The translations under genes were made by a program, and so were the position numbers. The notes under the pieces are model-generated. The model saw nothing but the letters and a program-made list of their open reading frames with translations. It made no database searches and was not told the origin of the DNA. 53,444 nt of DNA from a virus (lineage: Duplodnaviria; Caudoviricetes), in the IMG/VR virus record IMGVR_UViG_3300030329_003629, positions 1-53,444 of that record. The stretch is one strand, 5' to 3'. Below are positions 1 through 9,500 of the stretch, piece by piece (the stretch's first letter is position 1; each line of letters starts with the position of its first letter).

Positions 1-771
1 GGTCGTTACAAAAACTTTTATCAGTTTGCTAAAGATTATGTGAGTATAGTAAGAAAGAAAATAGGAGGACTCTATATTAATGATTATTCTAAAGGAAGTA
101 AAAAGATTCTGGAAGACATGGCACCCTATACTATTAGGTTTAGTCAGGCTGAAGCAGGGTTTAAAGTAGATACTCAAGAAACAATTTTAAATGTATCTAT
201 CCAGCCACAGACACTCTCTCTTATAAGTAAATTAAAAAGAGATTTAGTAGTAGAAGGAGAAAATGAGGTTATATTAGCCGATACCGCAGTTAAATTAATG
301 ACGAAAGTACATCAGCTATGTAGTGGTACAATTAAATTTGAAAGTGGAAACTCAATGGTAGTCGACACCAGTAAAGCAGAATTTATAAAAAAAGAATTTA
401 AAGGAAAAAAAATAGGAATATTTTATAAATTTAAAGAAGAATTAAATGCAATAAAGGAGGTGTTTAATAACACTATTTGTACTACTTTAGATGAGTTTAA
501 TAATACTAATAAAAACATTGCGTTACAAATAGTTAGCGGAAGAGAAGGAATATCTTTGCGCCAAGCAGATGCCTTAGTTTATTATAATATTGACTTTAGT
601 GCTACTTCTTATTGGCAGAGCCGAGATAGAATGACAACTAAAGATAGATTAAAAAATAATATCTTTTGGATATTTAGTAAAGAGGGAATTGAGAAAGATA
701 TATATAAAGCGGTAGTGAAAAAGAAAGATTACACGCTTACTCATTTTAAGCGAGATTTAGTAAATTTGTAA
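1..771 (+). CDS. SNF2/DEAD-like superfamily 2 helicase, C-terminal part (5' truncated)
   Basis: QLCSG motif, SGREGISL (motif V-like) and YWQSRDRM (motif VI-like); lies next to a VRR-NUC gene; reading frame is open from the window edge. Confidence 0.8.
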   Translation, partial: GRYKNFYQFAKDYVSIVRKKIGGLYINDYSKGSKKILEDMAPYTIRFSQAEAGFKVDTQETILNVSIQPQTLSLISKLKRDLVVEGENEVILADTAVKLMTKVHQLCSGTIKFESGNSMVVDTSKAEFIKKEFKGKKIGIFYKFKEELNAIKEVFNNTICTTLDEFNNTNKNIALQIVSGREGISLRQADALVYYNIDFSATSYWQSRDRMTTKDRLKNNIFWIFSKEGIEKDIYKAVVKKKDYTLTHFKRDLVNL

Positions 772-860
772 TGTGGAAAATACTCTTAATAAAAAAGACT
801 TATCGTTTATTATATATATATTATTAATGATATTTGTTTTTTTAAGCGGTATTTAAAACG

Positions 861-1070
861 ATGAAAAGGTTTATTATATTTACGCTGATATGGATCAGTC
901 AAAATTTAGCAATACCTTTTTGGATTGTAGGACATATTCATTTATCCATACATGACTTCCATGATATTGTAGAATTAATATCGTCATTAGGCATGAATGT
1001 TATAGTGGGAATAGGATTTTATTTGGATTATAAATATGACCGAACAACAAATACAAAGAGAAAGGATTAA
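861..1070 (+). CDS. small membrane protein
   Basis: 69 aa with two hydrophobic segments. Confidence 0.55.
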   Translation: MKRFIIFTLIWISQNLAIPFWIVGHIHLSIHDFHDIVELISSLGMNVIVGIGFYLDYKYDRTTNTKRKD

Positions 1071-1284
1071 GCAATTGGAGTCGGAAGGATACTACGTTCT
1101 TAAGCTAATCAAGACCAATAAGAATGGTATCCCCGACCTCCTTGCTATACCTCCAGGATGTGAAGTATTATTTTCAGAAATAAAAAAACCTAAAGGGAAG
1201 GTTTCTAAACTACAAGAATATAGATTAAAAGAATTAGAAAAACATGGATGTAAAACAGAGATATATAAGGGAAGCGGGATTTGA
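1036..1284 (+). CDS. VRR-NUC domain nuclease
   Basis: TEQQIQ...GIPDLL...FSEIKKPKGKVSKLQ: PD-(D/E)xK VRR-NUC signature. Confidence 0.9.
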   Translation: MTEQQIQRERIKQLESEGYYVLKLIKTNKNGIPDLLAIPPGCEVLFSEIKKPKGKVSKLQEYRLKELEKHGCKTEIYKGSGI

Positions 1285-1609
1285 TATAGCCGATGATTTT
1301 ATAGAGACTTTAGGAAATTTAGATATAAGAACATCTAAAAAGATTGTGCGCTTTATAGAAAAAGAGCTTGATAAAATAGAGTGCAATAGTTTGGTTTCTA
1401 CAATTGTCCCAGGATTTATTATAGATGATGATAATAATCCTGTTACTTTTGTGTTAGAAATAATAAAAGATTATTCCCCTTATATTATTTTATCTGATAT
1501 CCAGTTAGTGGCGATGGATGAATATTTAGACTTACTTAACTTGAATAAAAAATTAAATGACGGAAGAACAAATAAAAGACTTAAAAAGAATTATAGAAGA
1601 TGTGTGTGA
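1244..1609 (+). CDS. hypothetical protein
   Basis: 121-aa ORF in a tightly overlapping gene run. Confidence 0.55.
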   Translation: MDVKQRYIREAGFDIADDFIETLGNLDIRTSKKIVRFIEKELDKIECNSLVSTIVPGFIIDDDNNPVTFVLEIIKDYSPYIILSDIQLVAMDEYLDLLNLNKKLNDGRTNKRLKKNYRRCV

Positions 1610-2006
1610 GGTAGACTTAAGCCTTAACACACGAAAGAGAGAAAATATAAATGCCCGCGCAATCGGATATAAAATACTACGAGAAGTAGAGTATCAAAGT
1701 TATCATGCTATCGCACGCTCTTTTAATAAAAGCCACGCCACTATCTTACAATGTTTAAAAAATTTTAAATATATGTTACTTTCGGATGCTCAAATGAAAA
1801 GAAATTATCAACAAATAAAACTAACCTGGGAAGGTTTAGCAGAGGAATACCGAGAATTAAAACCTCTGGAAATAAAAAAACAATTAAAAAGTTTGGAAGA
1901 ACAAAATAAAATGTTAAATTTGTGCTTAATAGATGTTCAAAAAAAGTTTGCAACCAAGCTAAAAAAAATTGAGTTACAATTAAAACATGCCAAGAGTCGC
2001 GCCTGA
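1557..2006 (+). CDS. DnaA C-terminal-like HTH protein with coiled coil
   Basis: RKRENINAR...SYHAIARSFNKSHATIL resembles the DnaA domain IV HTH. Confidence 0.7.
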   Translation: MTEEQIKDLKRIIEDVCEVDLSLNTRKRENINARAIGYKILREVEYQSYHAIARSFNKSHATILQCLKNFKYMLLSDAQMKRNYQQIKLTWEGLAEEYRELKPLEIKKQLKSLEEQNKMLNLCLIDVQKKFATKLKKIELQLKHAKSRA

Positions 2007-2178
2007 AGATACGCAATCTATTACGCATATAAATTTTATATGTGATAAAATTCACGACTTTGGAGATGACTTATACGAGACTTTAATGGACAGAAAGTAT
2101 GAGGAGGCGAAGGAAGAGGCACAAAAATTACACAAATTATTAGGGGAATTTATAATATCTATCTCAGATGAAATATAA
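1987..2178 (+). CDS. hypothetical protein
   Basis: 63-aa ORF overlapping the upstream gene. Confidence 0.55.
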   Translation: MPRVAPEDTQSITHINFICDKIHDFGDDLYETLMDRKYEEAKEEAQKLHKLLGEFIISISDEI

Positions 2179-2221
2179 AAGAGATATAGTATTTAGAATT
2201 AATTTGCCTTGGTAATAGTTA

Positions 2222-2563
2222 ATGGCCTATAAAAGCAAAATAGACCAGGCTAAAGCAAGTAAGAGGCATTATGAAGCAAATAAAGATATAATAAAAAAAA
2301 GAACAAAAAAAAGAAACAAAACACAAAAACAAAAAAATAAAGAGTATGTAAATAAAATTAAAACAGAAATAGGATGTGTGGATTGTGGAGAAAAAAACCC
2401 GGTTGTTTTAGATTTTGATCACGTTAGAGGAGATAAAATATTATGCATATCAGATATGACACGGGGAGCATACTCATTAGAAACAATAAAAAAAGAAATT
2501 AAAAAGTGTGAGGTTAGATGTTCTAACTGTCACCGAGTAGCAACTTACAATAGAAGAAAATGA
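2222..2563 (+). CDS. HNH endonuclease-like protein
   Basis: CVDC...LDFDH...KCEVRCSNCH. Confidence 0.85.
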   Translation: MAYKSKIDQAKASKRHYEANKDIIKKRTKKRNKTQKQKNKEYVNKIKTEIGCVDCGEKNPVVLDFDHVRGDKILCISDMTRGAYSLETIKKEIKKCEVRCSNCHRVATYNRRK

Positions 2564-2811
2564 TAAACGAACAATTAATGCAAGAGTTAGAAAATAATGA
2601 ATGCGTATTAGCTACAGGATATGATAATGCTTTAATAGGTATAAGTCAAGGAGCTAACCCTGTAGCTATCTATGATGCTGAGTTATGTATTAAATGTTTA
2701 ATGGAAGAAGAGGGTATGACTGAAGAAGATGCTGTAGATTTTTTTTATTATAGCACAGTAGGTAGTTACGTAGGAGACAAAACCCCATTATATATAAGAC
2801 TATATGAATAA
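2560..2811 (+). CDS. conserved phage hypothetical protein
   Basis: GYDNALIG...EDAVDFFYYSTVGSYVGDKTP pattern, recognised as common in aquatic phages. Confidence 0.7.
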   Translation: MINEQLMQELENNECVLATGYDNALIGISQGANPVAIYDAELCIKCLMEEEGMTEEDAVDFFYYSTVGSYVGDKTPLYIRLYE

Positions 2812-3187
2812 ACAAATAGCTAAAGAATTAAATGAGTTTAGCCAAACAATTGCTAAGCGCTTCTCGTATAAAGAACGAGAAGGAAATGTAAATAATGAAA
2901 CCTTTATAGTGGATGAAGTTATTCCTACCTCTGACCACACTGCTGTAATTAATTTTAGAAAAGATAGCGGCAAGATAGGGGTGGCTTTTTGTTATTATAT
3001 CGCAAAAGGAAAATCTAAAGGCTGGAAATATTTCTTTCCTACTGACTCTCACCTCAACGGATTTCAAGCATTCTTATATTATAAGTTAGATGCTGAACGA
3101 AAAAATTATAATAAAAATTTTTTAGTAGAACAGTACAATAGAAACCGTGAGTATAACGAACATATACAATTTGAAGATGAAATATAA
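2804..3187 (+). CDS. hypothetical protein
   Basis: 127-aa ORF coupled to its neighbours. Confidence 0.65.
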   Translation: MNKQIAKELNEFSQTIAKRFSYKEREGNVNNETFIVDEVIPTSDHTAVINFRKDSGKIGVAFCYYIAKGKSKGWKYFFPTDSHLNGFQAFLYYKLDAERKNYNKNFLVEQYNRNREYNEHIQFEDEI

Positions 3188-3368
3188 AGGAATAAAAAAA
3201 ATATTAAGAGAACAGATTGAGCGAAAGATGAATGCTCTATGGACTTGGGATAAAAAAGATAAAAATTTTACCTGGATCTATAAAAATTACAATGATGATT
3301 TACCTATCTATACTGCGGGGCAATTATTAGAAGAGATCGATAAGGAAATTAAGCAGCAAGCTTCTTAG
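3177..3368 (+). CDS. hypothetical protein, last gene of the + block
   Basis: ORF 3147-3368; probable start is MKYKG; overlaps the convergent gene. Confidence 0.5.
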   Translation: MKYKGIKKILREQIERKMNALWTWDKKDKNFTWIYKNYNDDLPIYTAGQLLEEIDKEIKQQAS

Positions 3369-3585
3369 CTTTTAATAGCTCAGCACATTTTTCATACTCT
3401 TCCGTAGAGGTAAAGTATTCTATAAGAGTATCGTATACATCGTCTTCCATAACCACATGTTTACGCGTAGGGTTAATAATAAAAGTAACCTCATGTGTTT
3501 CTTCAATTAATTCTTCTAAAGTTTTTTTACCTAATAATAAAGTGTAAGTGTGACGCATGCATAAATCTTCATTAAATTCTTTCAT
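3349..3585 (-). CDS. small protein with C-terminal UvrB/UvrC-like motif
   Basis: EYFTSTEEYEKCAELLK. Confidence 0.6.
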   Translation of the reverse strand: MKEFNEDLCMRHTYTLLLGKKTLEELIEETHEVTFIINPTRKHVVMEDDVYDTLIEYFTSTEEYEKCAELLKAKKLAA

Positions 3586-3590
3586 GGTGT

Positions 3591-6500
3591 TTATTTAAAA
3601 ATTCTATTATCATTCTTCTTTCCTGTATCAAAAATTCTATTATCATCCTTCTTTCCTTTTGGGAAAATAGTGCTCTCATCTTTTTTACTATCTTTAAAAA
3701 TAGTGTTATCCTCTACTTCTTTTTTAACTTTCTTTTTAGTTTTTCTTTTTCTTTTATTATTCCTTTTTCTTTCTGCTTCACTTTGTATTTGATACTCACT
3801 GAAGTTAAATAAACGCATGATTATTTTTGCTGGATCCTCTCCGCCTTTTGCGAGTTTTTCTAAGTTCTCAAAGATCTTACTTATATTTCTAAGAGGCATT
3901 CCTGTAAATTGTCCTAATTCCATGAGTGCTTTAAAGCCAGCTTCTTCTTTTTTAGTAGGGTCTTTAGTGTTTAACCATTTATATAAATTTTTAAATACTT
4001 CTTCAAACTGCGTAACTACGGGTAGGTTTTTAAATCCTAAAAATGATAATGGTTTTCCTTGAAATATATGTGCTAAATTCACAGCAACCTCTCCTAAGAT
4101 TAATAACCCATTTACATTTCCTAAGATTGCTGCTCTTGCTAAATCGCTTTCATCTTCATCATCCCAATCCGCCAGTAATCCAGGGAACCCATTAGCTACA
4201 TACTGGAATAACATAGGCATTACTACATGATAAGTAAAAAAGGTTCTTGCGTTTTGCATCTTAGTTCCTTTCCCTTCCTTACCTCCGGACTTTAATAACT
4301 TATAGAAGTTTCTTATAGCGTATACTTCTTTTCTTAAATATTGTTTAGGTGTAGTTAAGAACATATTAATAGCTCTCATATAAGCATCTTGCGTTTGATA
4401 GTAATCTCTATCTTGCAAATCTGTAGACTGCTGAGTACGCTTAGTATCTCTCTCCCATTTTCTAATAGCTATATCTATAGCTTCCTTTTCTGTTTTACCT
4501 GCTTCTAATGCTTGATTTTTATAATAAACATAATTAGGAACTCCTCCTAAATAGATAGCTCCTCTATCCCCTAATCGCGTGGTATACATTAATGCATCTA
4601 CCAAACTCTCTCTTTGATCTACTCTTAATCCTGTAGCACTTCTAATCCAATCTTTATCACCTAATCTTTTATCCGTATACATCTCTAAGGCTTTAGTAAT
4701 ACTTCGCGCATCTCTATCCTGCATATATACTGAGTTCTCTGCTATCTCTTTCCATACTGCGCTAACCGATTGTCCTTTACCTAACCTACCTATTGCAGCA
4801 TTTTTAATCCAATTAGCAAACCCTATATCATTAGCATAAGTTATAAAAGAAGTTAACTGTTTTAAAGTTACTACAGGATTAATACCTAAACGAGAAGTTA
4901 TAAATAAATCCTGCATAATATTAACATAAGAATCAAACCTTACATTAGATTTAAACATTCCTTTATTAGCCAGCTTTTGAATTGCAGCTTCTATCATTTC
5001 ATTTACATTACCCCCATATAAGTTTTCAATCGTTTCTTTTATAATAGGATTAGTAAATAATTTATTAATATCATTTACCGGCCGTGCGTAAGCCGCAAAA
5101 TATTCCATATCACGCATGTAAGTAAACAAAGCATCTGTTCCGTCCATGGCTTTAATAGGCCGTTTATTATTCTCTCTCATCTTAGTGGAGTTAGCTGCCA
5201 CTACGTTATGATACTGCGTAGATCCGGATAATAAATCTACTCCTTCTGGCTCCACTCCATCTCTATAAACCATACCTGCATAGTTTACATTATAAGGCAT
5301 CTGCGTTCTATATATATCTTGATAAGCTTCATTATAATGATTATATAAACTTGGATATAAAACATCTACTTGCCAATCAGCAAACTCTTTTAATTCAGGA
5401 TAATTAGTTTCTAATTCCGTAGTTATATCCTTCATTATTCTTTGATAGTCTGGACCAAATTGAGCTTCAAACCCAGGATGATTTTGAGAGTCTTTATATT
5501 GGTTATATAAATAATACATTTGATTAGGAGACAAGCCAATTCCTTGCCTTAAAATTTCTTGCTCTAATTTTCTATTATTTTCCGCAGTTGGATTATCTTT
5601 ATAAGCCGCTTCTGCATCCTGTACTTTTTTAGCATCTCTAAATATTACATTAGGAACTTTATTAGTAAAAGATCCTACAATTTTTTTATACTTCTTACCA
5701 AATAATTCTTGATATTTAAAAATAATTAAAGCCTCATTCATTAGCATTCTTTCTTTAAATAAACGAGAAGCTCTATCTATTCTATCTGTAACTTCTTTTT
5801 GTGTTACCCCTTCAAATAAATCAGCAGGAAGTTTAGATATCTTATCCATGATTAGGAATAAATCAGAATGCTTATTCATAATATTTCCTAATGTACGAAA
5901 CACCCCATCAATTAATTTTCTTCCCCGACTTCTTATCGCATCTTTATTTTGTGCATACTGTCTGTCTTCGGGTAATTGTTCTTTTATATTTTCAATTATA
6001 TCGGTAATTTTATCTTGTATCTCCGCTTCAGTTGGCTTTTCTATTCCTGCTTCTTGCAATTCTTTCAAAGCTTGGTCTCTAAAACTTTCTCTTCGTCCAG
6101 TAATATCTTTATAAACCTCTTCAAACTGTCTTCTATATTCTAAATGAGCTTCTTGTAATTGATCTTTTAACATGGTTCTTCCTGTTAAAAACATTTGTTT
6201 TAACTCGGCCTCCACTCCTGCCAACACATTAACTTTTGTGAGATCATTATTACCCATTAAATTAGAGGCGCTTACCATATTCATGACAATTTGTAAATCA
6301 GCCATAGCCGTATAATCTCCTTCGAGTTTAACCGGTTTTTCATTAATCTCATTATATTCTTGTTGTAATTCTGCTATATATTTAAGAACTTCGTCTTCAG
6401 TTTTCTTAGCGCCTTTCTCAATTCTTCTTTTAATTGATGCTATTCTCTTTCTTGTGTCTTCATCTATCTTAACTCCTTTAAGAATATTGCTAATTTTCTT

Positions 6501-9500
6501 AACTGTTTTTTTAGGATCTAATAAAGCCTGGATTGAGGCTTCTAATCTTACATTATTTTTTTCTGCAGCAAACTCCATTACCTCATTCATTATTTCTTGA
6601 ATGTTATCATTATTGGCTTGCTCAATTTTTCGCATTAACTTAAGAGCTTCTTGCTTAGTATATATATCTTTAGGTAAAGTTTTACGCATAAAGTTTCTAA
6701 GCTCTCTTTGGACTTTCTTTAATTGTCTTTGTCCTTTAGTTTTAGCCTTTAATATTATACGCGCATTACGAATCGCTTCATTTAGATTAGTACTTTGTTT
6801 CCCTCCTAAAGCTCTGGCTATATCAATCATTAACAGAGATTGTTCGGTAGACATTCCTTTAACTCCGGGTTCTGCTACAGATTTATATCCTGCCTGTTCT
6901 CGTAAAAATTCCATCGTCTCATCCATCATCTCTTGCTCAGTAAGTTTTACTTTTGCTTTTGCATTCTTCGTTTGTAATTTATTATAGAAGTTAGATACTT
7001 TTTGAAATAATTTAACACCTGCTTTCATCCCTCCTTTTATATTTCCTAATGATGGTGGTATAACACTTAAAAGATCTGCGTTTATTTTCATTAACTCTCT
7101 TACCTCAGTCTTAGTAAACTTTCTCACTCTGGTAAGGTAATCTAAAATAGCAGCATCCGTAAAGTTTAAATCTCTGGCGGTAGTAATAATCTCTAAAGGT
7201 GTATCAAACTTGTTAAAAGTCTTTTGTGCTTTTTCATCTACATTTCTTTGTGCTTTTTCTCGCGGAGGTCTATATGTTTTTCCATCTTTCTTAAGTTTAT
7301 AAGAAGTGGTTTGCCCTCTATCTCCTCTGGTTCTTTCTACGGTAAACCCTAAAGCATTCGCCCACGCATTTAAAGCATTAGGATCAACTCCTTGAGGCCA
7401 TATAATACCATTAGATTTCATTTGATAAAAAGCAGCTAACTTTTCTACTGAAGCCTTCTGTGCTTTCTCTTGAGTTTTCTTTTTAGGTTTAGAGATCTTT
7501 TTAACACCTGTCCCGTAAGGAGCTACTACTTGAGCTTTAGCAGGTTTTCCTAATTCTTTTCCTTCGTATTTAGCCTTAAGGCTTTCAGGCATAATTTCAA
7601 AAGCATCTAACTTAATATCAGGAACGCCTACTACCTCTCCTAAAATATTAGTTTCATAAGTTGAGTGCTTTGACTTTCCACCTACTTCAGTTGGTTTTAA
7701 TACCAGCATTACATCGTTTTGCTCAAAGTTATTATCTCTATAAAATCCATCTCTTAATTCATCTAAGTTTATAAACCCATCTTTAGATTTAACAAGCTTA
7801 TGGAATTCAGTATTAGGAGTTTGCTCTTGTGCAACTATAGCTTTTAACAATCCTTTTCTTCCGTTACCATCTCTTCTGATAGAAGGCCAACTATCATGCT
7901 TTTCTAATATATCTCTTACTGCTTTTACCGGATTAGTAGCCAATGCTTCTTTTTTAAATACACCATAGTCTCCTAATTTATTTGCAAAAGCATCAAATAC
8001 TTTTTTGTTAAATAGTTTACTGGCTTGTGGGGACCCACTAATAATAAATATATAGTCTGCTTTTTCTACATTGTTAGCCATAGCTTTAGGTGTCATACCA
8101 CTTGCCCATATAATATTAGCAGCTAAATTTGTAGGATCTAATGCGTAGCTTGGACCTGCATCCATTTCAATACCATTAAATTCTCCTTTACCTAACTGAT
8201 CAGCTACCCAGAACCATACCTTCTGATCTTTGGCTACAATATCATCTATTAATTTTAATAAATCAATTTTGTTTTCAGGAGTAACTAAAGACATATCGTA
8301 ACTTTCTTTGAACTCAATTTGGTTTTTCTCTTTAGTTGAAGGTTCGTTAATAGTGGTTGGATCCCCAATAGGAGCTGTTCCATCCTCTATAACTTCTATA
8401 TCTCCTTCTGTAACTTCAGTTCCTTCTCTTACTTTTTTAGATACTGTATTGAAGAACTCAATCATATCAGCTTCTTCTTTAGTAAACTCTGTTATGTTAA
8501 CAGGTAAACCAACAGCCTTAGCTACTTTTTGTAACCATCTCTTTACTATATTTTTAGTAGGCCCATCTAACTGCGTATAGGCAGCTGAAAGATATCCAAA
8601 TAACTCAGCTACCTTTTCTTCATTTTGTTCTTCAACCGCATAATCTTTAGCAAAGCTTTCTATAACTTCCTTTAAGTTAGAGTCTTTTGGCAATCCTTTT
8701 ATTACCGACTGTAGCATTCTGCCCGTTACTGCGCTATATTTTTTAGAGTCTATACCTAACTTCTTTAATAGAACCGCATGCATAACTTCATGCCCTACTG
8801 TTCGCGTATTAGCTTTAGGTGCATTAATATGAATAGTATTAGTGTTAAGTGAGAAGCTTCCCTTCTTCCCTTTACTACCTTCGCTAACTGCTTGATTATA
8901 AGCATCTTCTGTAGCATGAACCACAATATTTAAATCAGGAATTAATTTAGCAATAGCCAGACCTGCATTCTTAGCTTGTCTTAATAAAGAAGGAATAATT
9001 CTTACTGCTTTAGGATCGCCTGCAGTTTCCGTTACCGTCACATTATCACTTACACTTACTCCTGGTAATGACACTGTTGTTCCATCACTTTTTGTTATAG
9101 TTACATTATCATTTTCATTATCTACAACTACAGCTTTCTCAGTGGTTTCTTGCTCTTGTTCTGTCTGCTCTTTTTTCCCTGACTTCTCATCAAAAATAGC
9201 AGTTAAATCTTCTACTTCCTTCTCCGTCTCTGTCCGAGAATCGGGGGTCTTTTTTTGCTTACTCGTTTTGGAAGGGGCCCTCTTGGTGTCTCCATCTCCC
9301 ACCTTTCGGCCATCTTCGGTTTGTACTTGTACATCCACGCTCTCTGGGCTTGACTCTTGAATGGCATCTTTTTTATTTTTTATTTGTTCAGGAGTTGGGT
9401 TCTCCACACCCTCCTCTTTTAATTCATTTATTGCTTGAGTAGTTAACTCAGCGTCAGCTTTATCTTTATCTATTTGAGCTTGACCTTCTCTTTGTATAAC